A stretch of 64,000 nucleotides of DNA from Octopus vulgaris (GCA_951406725.2 OX597818.1:51150001-51214000), one strand, 5' to 3'; positions 11,014-23,406 are shown, counted from the stretch's first letter. Program-made: numbers and translations. The notes: generated by a model not told the origin, from the letters alone.

Positions 11014-12360
11014 CTGTGCCAGTGGCACGTAAAAAGCACCCACTACACTCACGGAGTGGTTGGCATTAGGAAGGGCATCCAGCTGTAGAAACACTGCCAG
11101 ATCAAAACTGGAGCCTGGTGCAGCCTTCTGGCTTCCCAGACCCTGGTCGAACCGTTCAACCCATGCTAGCATGGAAAGCAGATGCTAAACGATGATGATG
11201 ATGATGATATATATATATAGTAAAGTTTATTTACCAACAGAATGTGGTGGTCCTATAAAGGGTGATGTTACTTTTGTTTCAGCCCCAGGAAAACATCTTT
11301 TCCATCTGGTTATCAAACACACAGTCTGTGACTGCATAGTGTTTGCAAGGGAGGTCACTCATCACTCCCATCTCCAGCCTTACATAATACTTACAGACCA
11401 CGGTTTTGCCATGTTCAAAAATTTGGACCTGAGATCTCCATTTCCAGCGACTTTGAGGGCCACCTCCCAGTGGTGTCGGGCGTCAATGAAGAGCCTTCGA
11501 CTACAACAAGACGACCAAAGTCTTTTTTTTTTCAAAGGTGTGGGGTCTCCTGCCCATAAGCCCTAGACCATCACCTAATCACCCTTACCCATCTTGTTGC
11601 TTAACAACAACGACGACCATGGTTTCTGGGTGGTTACCCATCCTCAGTGTGAGACAATAACTGGCTCTTGATAAAAGCTTTCTCCACTCACAATATATTC
11701 TTTAAGCAACACAGTCGTTGATCTCTTAAAACATCATCATCATCATCATTTAGTGTCTGCTTTCCATGCTAGCATGGGTTGGACGGTTCAACTGGGGTCT
11801 GTGAAGCCAGAAGGCTGCATCAGGCCCAGTTTGATCTGGCAGTGTTTCTACAGCTGGATGCCCTTCCTAATGCCAACCACTCCGTGAGTGTAGGGGGTGC
11901 TTTTTACATGCCACTTGAAATCTCTGATTGAGAGATATCCAGTAACAGTACCAAATAGTAAAGTTTATTTGCCAACAAAATGTGGCAGTCCTGTACAGGA
12001 CGATGCTACTGCTGTTTAAGCCCCAGGAAAACGTCTTTTCCAGCTGGCTATCGATACACAGTCTGTGCCCATATAGTGTTACTGCTGAGATGCAATATGA
12101 ACAATACTACTCAAGGCAGCTAGCTGGCAGAATCATTAACATGCAGACAAAAGGCCTAACAGCATTTCTTCAAGCTTTATGTTCTGAGTACAAATACTGC
12201 TGAAGTCAATTTTGCCTTTCATCAATTTGTGGTCTATAAAATAAGAATCAGTTGATCCCTCATGGGTGGGATACGGTACAACTGGTTTTGGTGCATCGTC
12301 ACAAGAAACCAATGCAGAACAGATCGAAACAATCGTTGCGAGCAATAAAGTTTCTCATAT

Positions 12361-12765
12361 TACTCTTACTCTTTACTCTTTTACTTGCTTCAGTCATTTG
12401 ACTGCAGCCATGCTGGAGCACCGCCTTTAATCGAGCAACTCGACCCCGGGACTTATTCTTTGTAAGCCCAGTACTTATTCTATCAGTCACTTTTTGCCGA
12501 ACCGCTAAGTGACAGGGACGTAAACACACCAGCATCGGTTGTCAAGCAATGCTAGGGGGACAAACACAGACACACAAACATACACACACATACATACATA
12601 TATACGATGGGCTTCTTTCAGTTTCCATCTACCAAATCCACTCACAAGGCTTTGGTCGGCCCAAGGCTATAGTAGAAGACACTTGCCCAAGGTGCCACAC
12701 AGTGGGTCTGAACCCGGAACCATGTGGTTGGTAAACAAGTTACTTACCACACAGCCACTCCTGCA
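12361..12765 (-). mobile_element. SINE family A, full length
   Basis: Reverse complement of the 2689-3092 element. Confidence 0.8.
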
Positions 12766-13379
12766 CCGATATACTCCATTTTTCGTCTGTCATTTGTTGT
12801 ATACACGACAAACACTAAGAGATACAACAAGAATGATGGCAGGAAGAGAAGAGACTAATGAGATAAGATAGCCAAAGTGGAAGCAGTACAAGTCCAGCTA
12901 TTCTTGAGGAGCAAAAGTATTTATAAACATTAATAAAAGTAGGCACTTGACGTCCTAACCACATGGTTCCAGGTTCAGTTGCATTGTGTAGCACCTTGGG
13001 TAAATTTCTACAATACCTTGGGCCAACCAAAGCCTTGTGAGAGAATATACTAAATGGAAAACGAAAGGAAACCCTCGTGTGTATGTGTGTGTTACTGTCT
13101 TTTAGCCTTGACATTTTGTGATAGTTGTAAACAAGTGCCACTGTGATACAAGCAGTGTCCATTTCCATTCTTCTGAGAGAAGTTTAGACATGGGGAAATA
13201 CTACTTTACTTGGAAATAGATAAGGGTTAGCAACAGGAAAGGCATCTGGCAGTAAAAAATCCACCCCAACAAAATCCAGCCAACCCACTCAAGCATGGAA
13301 AGGTGGACATTAAATGATGATGACAAAAAATATTGCCCGACTCGCTGGCGATAAGCGAAATCGAAATCGAAATCAAATT

Positions 13380-13898
13380 GAACCAGCCAGGATCCCTGGT
13401 CTGGTGGTACGTAAAAAGCACTATCCGACTCGTGGCTGATGCCAGCGCCGCCTCGATTGGCTTCCGTGCTGGTGGCACGTAAAATACAATTCGACCATGG
13501 CCGTTGCCAGCCTCGCCTGGCACCTGTGCAGGTGGCACGTAAAAAGGACCCACTACACTCACGGAGTGGTTGGTGTTAGGAAGGGCATCCAGCTGTAGAA
13601 ACGTTGCCAGATAAGACTGGAGCCTGGTGCAGCCTTCTGGCTTCCCAGATCCCCGGTCGAACCGTCCAACCCATGCTAGCATGGAGAACGGACGTTAAAC
13701 GATGATGATGATGCCCCTGTGCCGGTGGCACGTAAAAAACACCCACTACACTCACGGAGTGGTTGGCATTAGGAAGGGCATCCAGATCAGACTGGAGCCT
13801 GGTGCAGCCTCCTGGCTTCCCAGACCCCAATCGAACCGTCCAACCCATGCTAGCATGGAAAACGGACGTTAAACAATGATGATGATGATGATGATGAT
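13380..13898 (+). mobile_element. Two tandem family C copies
   Basis: Two successive bodies, each ending GGACGTTAAAC(GAT)n (~13712 and ~13898). Confidence 0.75.
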
Positions 13899-13961
13899 GA
13901 AATCAATAAAAAGAAAGAATTCCTTGCAATTCTAACACTTATAGAAAGGAGACAAACCAAC

Positions 13962-14140
13962 CTTTAATTCTTCAAGCTGTTCTTCCATTTGACTACAAAC
14001 AACAAGGGTGGTTAAACTGCTGGATATCTGATTCAGATGAAGCCACTGCTTTCCGAAAACATCCATGACCGAGAATTTACTGATTTTCCCTAATTGATCT
14101 GGAGAGCAAGCTGATGAAAATGAACTAATTGGAACTGAAC
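13962..14140 (-). CDS. MKKS: MKKS coding exon 2 (179 nt; not in the ORF track)
   Basis: ttttcag|GT TCA...TTA AAG|gttggt; (G)SVPISSFSSACSPDQLGKISKFSVMDVFGKQWLHLNQISSSLTTLVVCSQMEEQLEELK. Phase 1 in and phase 0 out, which joins exons 1 and 3 in frame. Confidence 0.9.
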
Positions 14141-15197
14141 CTGAAAATATATTTTAAACAGTATAAACCATCAAGATTAAATCACTGCTAGCATTGTTGT
14201 TGTTTGGTCCCATCTCCCCACTCTCACAAATACTCACCCCCACACATGCATAATCAAGGGAGTTTTTTTTTTTTTGTTCTTTTCTTATCTTGCGAGTTAC
14301 TTAGAGACCTCACTAGGGATGGTGACATGAAAAAAGCATCTAGTGATCAGCATCAGAAAGGGCATCCAGCCCCAAGTCAAACCTGACCGGAGCGCTGCCT
14401 TTCTACCCTGTCAAGCATTTCCCACATTTCATTCTCTGGCAATCATCACTCCTCTGTCTATGGCACTACCCTGCTGCGGCAATCACTTGAGAGCAAAACC
14501 AACACATATTACATCTAAATTTTTCTTTGTACTTCCAGTTACCTCCCTTCCCTCTTGGAACCCCTTCCATCTCTCATTATCATCCTTTCCCCACACTTTT
14601 TTCATTGCTCACTTTTCTGTACCTTCAGCCATTGCACTCTCTCTTCTGCCATACCCTGTCTTAACATCTCTCATATCTACTATCATTCTAAACACACTAC
14701 CATATCACCCATCATGCGTCACCTATTATTACCCATCCCTCTTATCTATCTCTACATCTCCCTCCCCACCACTACAACCCCATGCACATCACACCCCTAC
14801 AACCCTACTTTCTGATACAGCCTCCTTCTTGAGCCACTTCTATCTTTCTAACCCTATGCCCTCTCCATCCTGGTATTCCTCATCAATTGCATATCCATTC
14901 TTGTTCACTGATTACATTCACTTCAACCCCTATTTCTAACTATTACCCTCCCACCCCAATTCACTGCCTCTATCCTCTCTTACACTCACCTTGTATTTTG
15001 AGATGGTCTGGTATCTAGTCACCAGCATCTCTACCTTCTTTCCAGTTACTCCCATCCACCATTATATGTGGCATAGCCATTTATCTCCTCTATAGCAAGA
15101 CTATCATACTTCAACCTCTCAACATCCAGCATAAAACCACCTCCCCACTCTCTCAAATACTCCCCGCCAAACACACACACACACACACACACACGCA

Positions 15198-15430
15198 CAT
15201 CATCATCATCATCGTCGTTGTTTAACATCTGCTTTCCATGCTAGCATGGGTTGGACAATTTGACTGAGGTCTGGCGAACCAGATGGCTGCACCAGGCTCC
15301 AATCTGATCTGGCAGAGTTTCTACAGCTGGATGCCCTTCCTAATGCCAACCACTCTGAGAGTGTAGTGGGTGCTTTTACATGCCACCGGCACGAGGGCCA
15401 GTCAGGCAGTACTAGCAACGGTCACGCTCA
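15198..15430 (-). mobile_element. Family C retroelement copy
   Basis: (CAT)n followed by the reverse-complement body. Confidence 0.75.
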
Positions 15431-15619
15431 CACACACATAATCAAAGGAGATTTTATTATTTTCCTGTTCTTTCAGAGACCTCACTAGGAATGGTGACAT
15501 GAAAAAAAGCATCTAGTGGTTGGCATCAGAAAGGGCATCCAACCGTAGAAACTTGGCCAAAGCCAACATTGGCCCTTGTTCATTTACTATAAGGACATAT
15601 TAAACAGATAATTTAATAC

Positions 15620-15897
15620 AACTCGCCTGGCCCCCATGCAAGTGGCACGTAAAAAGCACCATCCAATCGTGGCCGTTTGCCAACCCCGTCTGGCACCTGT
15701 GCCGGTGGCACATAAAAAGCACCCACTACACTTACAGAGTGGTTGGTGTTAGGAAGGGCATCCAGCCGTAGAAACATTGCCAGATCAGACTGGGCCTGGT
15801 GCAGCCTTCTGGCTTCACAGACCCCAGTTGAACCGTCCAACCCATGCTAGCATGGAAAGCGGACGCTAAATGATGATGATGATGATGATGATGATGA
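15620..15897 (+). mobile_element. Family C retroelement copy
   Basis: Shared body and (GAT)n tail, ending about 30 nt from the MKKS exon 1 donor. Confidence 0.75.
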
Positions 15898-15926
15898 ATG
15901 TCAGTTTAAAATAATTAACTAATTAC

Positions 15927-16917
15927 CTGTTAAATTGATAACTTTGGAGCACAGCAAAGCACCGAGACGATCAAGAACCAATACACCGTTTCTTCTCAGT
16001 TGGTCTTTTAGACAAGGGTGAACCACTTTCTGGCAGAATAAAATTCTAATGCCTTTTGATATGAGTTCAGAACAGAATGACTCCATATGAGAAAGAAAGC
16101 TTTGCTCAAGTTCTTTAAGACTGGTACTGGCATAAGTCAACTGAGGTAGCTCTATAGAATCTCCTGCCATGGATACGTTTACTACAACTGTACAAATATT
16201 CTCTAGAGATTCTCTCTGTGTTTGCCATGACAGCACTTCTTTGATGTTTGTAGCCTCAAGCAATAATCCTTCACAACAGAAAGAATTATGTGTTTCTTCA
16301 CCAGGAATGCCAATGATGTGTATATTGTCTAAGATGGGTCTTAAGGAACTGTCCTGTCTTTCAGAAGGAAGGCTTCTAATGAAGGCTTCTAAGAGTACAG
16401 AACTCATCAACTTTAGTAGCTGCTCATCTAGCTGGTACAATGGTTTTGATGACAACATCGTACTGGCCACCTGACACAAAGAATTAACATCAGATATTTC
16501 TACAGCCATTTTACAGGAGAAATCATCTGATTTTAAATAACTAAGAAATAATTCAAGAAGAAAAGAATTTACTTTGGTAATCAACCTATGATCTAAATCA
16601 AGTTTCAAAGCTTTGTCTATCAGAATTAGGATAAAATGAGCCATGAAGAGAGCCCCATCCCCGTAGGTATGTGAATGCTTTGAACAGGCTTCAATTATGA
16701 GTCGTGCTAAAGGATTTGTAGGTCGCAGAGCAGCCAGCAGCCTGGATGATGAACTTGTCAGTGTGACATGACCCCCGCAGTTATTACGCAGTAGCTTAAT
16801 GCCTCCATAAGGGCCAACTGTGGTGGAAAATAAATGCCTAAGGGAATTGAGTTGGTGCACTGTTTCCTTGTCTGTGAGTTTGCCACGTAGGAGTTTAGTT
16901 TCAGTAACTTCCTGCAT
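15927..16917 (-). CDS. MKKS: MKKS/BBS6 coding exon 1 (991 nt); full CDS 991+179+111+471 = 1752 nt, 583 aa
   Basis: ORF with GPYGGIK, GGHVTLTSSSSRLL, GDGALF, SMAGD, CQKVVHPCLK and VLDRLG, all characteristic of MKKS. Acceptor atttcag| at 16934 and donor G|gtaatt at 15926. Confidence 0.95.
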
Positions 16918-16940
16918 TATTCAATTATATACTCTGAAAT

Positions 16941-17000
16941 ATATACAGATATATATATATAGACAGACAGACAGGTAAATATGTGTGCTTGTAAATATAT

Positions 17001-17031
<31 letters not shown>

Positions 17032-17083
17032 CACACACACAAACAGATATATACATATATAGAGACAGAGAGGTATGTATGTA

Positions 17084-17146
<63 letters not shown>

Positions 17147-17275
17147 ATATACATATATACAGACAGAGAGGTATGTATGTATGTAAGTATGTGTGTGTGT
17201 CTGTGTGTATATATATATATACATACACATATAAACACATGAAATATATACACACACATATTATATGCAAATATA
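16941..17275. repeat. Compound (TA)/(CA)/(TG) microsatellite tract
   Basis: Directly visible; gives Y/I/C/V-rich false ORFs. Confidence 0.9.
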
Positions 17276-17529
17276 TGTTTGAAGAAACATTTTCTTAAAT
17301 TAAAAGTTATAAACTATATAGAAAAATCTTTAAAGAACAGAGTTTTTTTTTTTTTTCATATAATTGATAATTTTAATTTAAGAAAATCTTTCTATAAATA
17401 TTGTGAGACAGACAATCTCACGAGTAAAATATACTTTGCAATAATTTTAGCTATATCTGCTACTGTTGTCATACTGCTACAGGTCAATTCTGATTGAGTA
17501 GAGCCATGAGCAGAGATATTCATGGATAT

Positions 17530-17810
17530 ACCAGCGCCGCCTGACTAGCGTCCATGTCGGTGACACATAAAAAGCACCAACCGATTGTGGCCATTTGCCA
17601 GCCTCCTCTGGTCCCTGTGCTGGTGGCATGTAAAAAGCACCCACTACACTCATGGAGTGGTTGGCATTAGGAAGGGCATCCAGCTGTAGAAACATTGCCA
17701 GATCAGATTGGAGCCTGGTGCAGCCTCCTGGCTTCCCAGACCCCGGTCGAACCATCCAACCCATGTTAGCATAGAAAACGGACGTTAAACAATGATGATG
17801 ATGATGATGT
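17530..17810 (+). mobile_element. Family C retroelement copy
   Basis: Shared body and (GAT)n tail. Confidence 0.75.
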
Positions 17811-18412
17811 GATCCTTACATTACCTAAAATGTTTTATTTAATACAGTAGATTGTGATTTGAAGAAGATTCCCTGTTGTTTTCTAGTCTGAGTGACTCCA
17901 TAAAGGTTCCTATGTTGGCTTCTCCTAATATGTATATTAGGGGTTGTCTCTGCTGCTACCTATTACCTCTCTGACACACACCTACCTCCTCCATCATACT
18001 TCAACCTTGCATCCTCTGGAATAAAACCACCTCCCTCGATACTAGTCCCCTCTCAGTTGAGGGGTCATGTCTTGCAAGTTACTTAGTAATCATATCTAGT
18101 GCCATTGCCAGTGGTTGGCATTAAGGAGGGTATCCAGCTGCATCGATATTCATTCTGCATTACTATGTGGTCTGTTAGCCAAATCTATTAGAAGAGCTTT
18201 CTATGATAGCCACACAATTCTCTGAATCCATATCTTATGCTACAAGGAGAACTACACAACCATTTCCACATACAATTTTTAAAAGCCAAGAGGAACAAAA
18301 AATAAAATAAACAATTTTCATTTGCTAATTTATAAAGAATAGTTTTTGAAGATCAGTCCCTGAATACGAGATTAAAGCAATTAAAATATTTTTGAAATTT
18401 GTAACTAACCTG

Positions 18413-18577
18413 TTATTTTGGTGATGATTTAGCAATTCTCTCTTCAGAAGTAGCGATTTTTGGAGTTTTCAATGGATATGTTGCTAAGTACATAACAGAT
18501 GTGATGACTATCAAGGAAACAAACTTGTTGCTATGGGCCCAATTAGCAGCCGACTGGAAAACTGTTCTTAGAGACAT
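18413..18577 (-). CDS. MKKS upstream ORF 2, 54-aa single-TM microprotein, uMKKS2-like (exon 18589-18410)
   Basis: ttcaattctag|GATTTGCCAAAC-ATG...TAA-CAG|gttagt; MSLRTVFQSAANWAHSNKFVSLIVITSVMYLATYPLKTPKIATSEERIAKSSPK*. The W-x3-N-x13-L-A-T-Y-x-L pattern matches recalled human uMKKS2. Confidence 0.72.
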   Translation of the reverse strand: MSLRTVFQSAANWAHSNKFVSLIVITSVMYLATYPLKTPKIATSEERIAKSSPK

Positions 18578-18704
18578 GTTTGGCAAATCCTAGAATTGAA
18601 AAAAAATATATATATAAACTTAATATCAGTGGTGTATAAGATTTCTTAATGCAATTTGATAATTGAGAAGAAACTCTCTGAATAGTTTTCAATGAAATCC
18701 AGAT

Positions 18705-18947
18705 TGGGTACGTAAAAAGCACCAACCGATCGTGGCCGTTGCCAGCCTCGCCTGGCACCTGTGCCGGTGGCATGTAAAAAGCACCCACTACACTCACAGA
18801 GTGGTTGACATTAGAAAGGGCATCCAGCCGTAGAAACACTGCCAGATCAGACTGAGCCTGGTGCAGCCTCCTGGCTTCCCAGACCCCAGTCGAACCGTCC
18901 AACCCATGCTAGCATGGAAAACGGACGTTAAACAATGATGATGATGA
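18705..18947 (+). mobile_element. Family C retroelement copy
   Basis: Shared body and (GAT)n tail. Confidence 0.75.
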
Positions 18948-19509
18948 GATGGCTGTATACTCTTTCCCAGTCTCTTCCTGATTTGGCAACCCTCTCTTCA
19001 AAGAGAAATCATTGACTTAAGAGAATTCATAGGCTGAACAATTATGCAATGCAAACAGAATCTTCATCAAAAACACAAATCATGCACATAAACAGCCCAT
19101 CAACTATCACTGCCAATGGCAAACCACTAGACCAGTCATGGGCAACATTTTACAAGAAGCAGGCTACATGAGACAGGGCTCATCATCAGGTGAGACACAC
19201 TATTATAAAATTCAAGGTAATTATTTTGTTGAAGGTGTCATTCAGAAAGATACGTGGCCTGCGGACTGTAGTTTGTCCATGACTGCACAAGATGATATGG
19301 ATAACCTTAGATACCTAGGAATCCTTATCAACTAAGTTAATGGGGTGGAAACAGACATTCATGCCTAACTTGCCAAAGTTCATTATGAATTCACATCAAA
19401 ATTTTAATGTAATACATTACTAGAATGACTCATTTCATAGCTGCTCCAAAGTGAGTGATTAATTATTTTGTGGTTAGAAAGTAGTAAAGTTGAAATAGTA
19501 GAAATAATT

Positions 19510-20080
19510 TGCATCACCAGTCTGGAACCCCTATCTTGCCCAGGATATTGTCTGGAAACTGTTTAGCGACGTGCAACCAAGACAATACTCTCCATCAGGC
19601 ATTTGCCATATTCTGAATGCCTTACTTCCCTGGGTATGGATACACTGAAACTCCGACGTCTGGCAGCTGACTTGGCAGACACCCATAAAATTATTAACCA
19701 TCTTACTAACAATAACTCTGAGCACCTTTTCAAACTCCACCCATCTAACACCCGTGGGCATGATTACAAAGTCAGAAAACAGTACAGCTCCCATGACTTT
19801 CGGAAACATTTTTTCACGCTAAGAGTTGCTGAAGTATGGAACAAACTGCCATCATCAGTTGTTAGTTGTCGGAGCACTGCATCCTTCAAAACTTCCATGC
19901 TTCCAGAGATTCGCCAACACTACACCTGATTTTCTCCCCTCCATACACACACAAGCATGTATCTGACTCATACATTGTTCACTTTGCAGGCATTTGTACA
20001 TTACTGCATATGCTTTATACACACTTTTGACAAGTTGTGGTGCACCTGAGCACCGTATACAATAATTTCATTATTATTAT
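19510..20080 (+). mobile_element. CR1/L2-type LINE 3' end (ORF2 C-terminus, 3' UTR and ATT tail)
   Basis: ORF 19603-19929 has LKLRRLAADL..HKII..TRGHDYK..RKHFFTLRVAEVWNKLPSSVV, typical of the CR1-clade C-terminus; ends in (ATT)n. Confidence 0.85.
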
Positions 20081-20561
20081 AATTTCTTAAAATACCCTTA
20101 AAATGATGTAAGTCTGGTTACGATAGTTTGTGGATTATCCAGTCATAAAAGATAGATGAGGGTCCCACAACAACTTGCTTAGCAACCATCACAGAGACTA
20201 TTTGCTTGTAGTGCTAAAATGTTCATGTTACATATTAGCTCAGTCCCTCCATCAAATCAACATTACCTGTACAGGTGCATAGTGTGCCAAACATCAGATG
20301 TTGAGGTGACTGCAGAGCTATATGAAATAATGTGGCTTACTCAAGAACACAACACACCACCCAGTCCAGAAATTGAAACCAAGATCTCACAATCATGAGT
20401 ACAGCAGCCTAACCACTAGGCCATGTTCCTTAATAATTTAGCCCTCACTTGATATCAGACAGAAAACAAATTAAACAAAAAAAAAATTTTAAGGAATTGG
20501 GGTTTTTTCCCAATAATTATGACAAACATTAACTTACTTTGGGTAATTTGGAGTTTCTTAT

Positions 20562-20741
20562 TTATTCTTTTGGGGTTTTCTTGATTATTTTTCCCAAAAT
20601 CCCAATCTCTTGTCTTTCAGGCTCAACTAAATCAGGATTAAATTGCATATAGTACCAACCAACATGTACGGCAATTACTGAAGGGATCATAACAAGCAGC
20701 ACCGTGTAATTTTTGGCAAAGGCTTTCAATTGCTTCAACAT
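20562..20741 (-). CDS. MKKS upstream ORF 1, 59-aa single-TM microprotein, uMKKS1-like (exon 20747-20538)
   Basis: ttttctttcttttcag|TTAACA-ATG...TAA...CCCAAA|gtaagt; MLKQLKAFAKNYTVLLVMIPSVIAVHVGWYYMQFNPDLVEPERQEIGILGKIIKKTPKE*. The YxVLxxMxPxVxxxHxGWY pattern matches recalled human uMKKS1. Confidence 0.85.
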   Translation of the reverse strand: MLKQLKAFAKNYTVLLVMIPSVIAVHVGWYYMQFNPDLVEPERQEIGILGKIIKKTPKE

Positions 20742-20868
20742 TGTTAACTGAAAAGAAAGAAAACTTTCTAAATTATTTTATTAAACAATTATCAACTAGC
20801 CTTGCTCTTTCTAACCCTTAATCCTAATGTTCCATCAATGTGTTTAGAGAATTTATGTTATTTAATAG

Positions 20869-21171
20869 TGGAAGCACTCCGTCAGTTACGACGATGAGGG
20901 TTCCGGTTGATCTGAATCAACGGAACAGCCTGCTCGTGAAATTAACGTGTAAGTGGCTGAGCACTCCACAGACACATGCAGGTACAACAGAAACAGGAAG
21001 TAAGAGTGAGAGAAAGTTGTGGTGAAAGAGTACAGCAAGGATCACCACCATCCCCTGCCAGAGCCTCGTGGAGCTTTTAGGTGTTTTCGCTCAATAAACA
21101 CTCACAACGCCCGGTCTGGGAATCGAAACCGCGAGTCCGCTGCCCTAACCACTGGGCCATTGCGCCTCCAC
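20869..21171 (-). mobile_element. tRNA-derived SINE family D with 12-bp TSD
   Basis: Head GGAGGCGCAATGGCCCAGTGGTTAGGGCAGCGG..GGTTTCGATTCCC; TSD GTTATTTAATAG on both sides. Confidence 0.8.
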
Positions 21172-21347
21172 GTTATTTAATAGCTACATCTAGAGGAAGA
21201 GGCTTGTCAACAAGGATATCTTAGTCTTCTAAGATTGGTGAGAGTAATACATTTGATGTACTTCTTAACCCTCTGCCTTTACTATATATCATATGATACA
21301 CAGGACATATTTCCTCAGCATCCATACATCACATATGATACACATTA

Positions 21348-21578
21348 CCTATTTCTTTACTACCCACAAGGGGCTAAACACAGAGAGGACAAACAAGGAC
21401 AGACAAACGGATTAAGTCAGTTATATCGACCCAGTGCGTAACTGGTACTTAATTTATCAACTCCGAAAGGATGAAAGGCAAAGTCGACCTCGGCGGAATT
21501 TGAACTCATAGCGTAAAGACAGATGAAATACTGCTGAGCATTTCACCCGGCGTGCTAACGTTTCTGCCAGCTCGCCGT
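21348..21578 (-). mobile_element. SINE family B
   Basis: Full-length reverse-complement copy. Confidence 0.8.
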
Positions 21579-22398
21579 AATATTGGATCACGTCTTCCAA
21601 TGTCCCCTCCATTATAGCAAGACACCTGTTTCTGTCTCTGCCTTTTTATCACACTCTAACCTTTCACCCTCTCACACAAGTTCCCCTCTTCAAATACCCC
21701 TGCTCCTCTCATAATTCCATTCTTGGGAGTTACTTGGTGACCCTGCCAGTGCTGATGCCATGTAAAAGCATCCAGTCCACACTGTTAAAATCATGCTAAA
21801 ACTAACCTCGCTTATGCTAGTGCCATGTAAAAAGCACTGAGTCAACTCTACAGAGTGACTGATGTTAGGAAGGGCATCCAGCCGTAAAAATCATGCCAAA
21901 ATTAATCTCGCCTATTCTAGTGCCACGTACAGAGCACTAAGTCCACTCTACAGAGTGGTTGGTGTTAGGAAGGGCATCCAGTCATAAAAAGCCTGCCAAA
22001 ACAGACACAGTAGCCTAGGGTAGTTTTTTAACTTCACTGGCTCCTGACAACTGTCCCACCCATGCATGCATGGAAGATGGACGTTAAATGATGATGACTG
22101 AAGGATATATGGACTCTACACGTAGTATTGCAAACAAAACCTCACCTATGAAGGCACTAACTCCAGATAAAATATAGAATTCTCCAAAAAGGGTAGAGGA
22201 AAATCTACATCTATGGACTGATGCTGACAATTTGGTATGACTGACTGGACATTTAGCTTGTTTTGGTAACAATACTGGTGTTGGAAGTAAATCCACGAAC
22301 ACACACATGTATGCACGAACAGAAATATACGCATATAAATAGAGTGAGGGAGAGAGACATTACAATTTATTCAAGGAACATAATCAACATAAACAATT

Positions 22399-23189
22399 TT
22401 CCTCTCCTCTTACACATCGAGAAATACCCTCACACACATAGAGAGAAGGGGAAAGAGAGAGAACCATTAAAACGTGAGAAATATAAAAATATAAAAACGT
22501 TTGGTTTCAAATAAGTCGGCGTCGAACCAGCAACGCCAAAACGTCTCATATCCCAGACAATCTCTCTCTGGTGTCAGTGGTGCGATAAAATGTGTCCAGT
22601 CCATGTGGCAAAAAGAATCTTGTTCTTCAAGATCCATCCAACACATGCAAGCAGAGAAAAGACGGATATAAAAACGATGGAGATGATAAATAAACTTAAT
22701 GTCGTTGGGGCTCCCTCCTGTACAAAAGAAGGAAGATTAGCGAGTAACTAACAATGGAAAATACGGCGCCGGTTGACAGTTTTATATTCGAGCTTCGTAA
22801 CAAGAACAAAAGATGGGAAGATTCGTCATAACGAGGAATAAACAAACATATGCACGTTATAAAATACCATACTAAACTTAAAATTCAGTATGGAATCATA
22901 TATATTCCCCAGTCAACAAATTTGAGATTCAATGTAACGCATATATATATATATAATAAATAAATTTACAACCATTTAAATTGTATTACATAAGACTTAA
23001 ACGCTCAGCGGTGTCGACTCAAAGTACATCAAATACATCAAGTTTCACACACAATTTACACACTTTATATACACACACACATATATTATACAGTGTTTTA
23101 ATTTCACTTAAAAGCCGTCACTATAAATAATTACCGAAACACAGGCTATTTCCAAATGTTGCGGTCAGTGTATGAAGGTTACCACAGTA

Positions 23190-23236
<47 letters not shown>

Positions 23237-23368
23237 TACTCATTATCTTTTATTAAACTTTTAATACTTTTGATATATATTTAAAATAATATAAATTAAT
23301 TAATTTTATGTATTGGCTTAAGTTTTTCATTGTTTGATTTGCCTAATAGTGGTTTTATCTCTAATTTA

Positions 23369-23406
<38 letters not shown>

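Noticed and set aside
14343-14939. 198-aa Pro/Ser/Leu/His-rich ORF
   Set aside because: Low-complexity pyrimidine-rich intronic DNA on the strand opposite MKKS, with no domain.
17392-17523. Possible third upstream ORF (43 aa, minus strand) before MKKS
   Set aside because: No convincing flanking splice sites, abuts a repeat and has no recognisable similarity.
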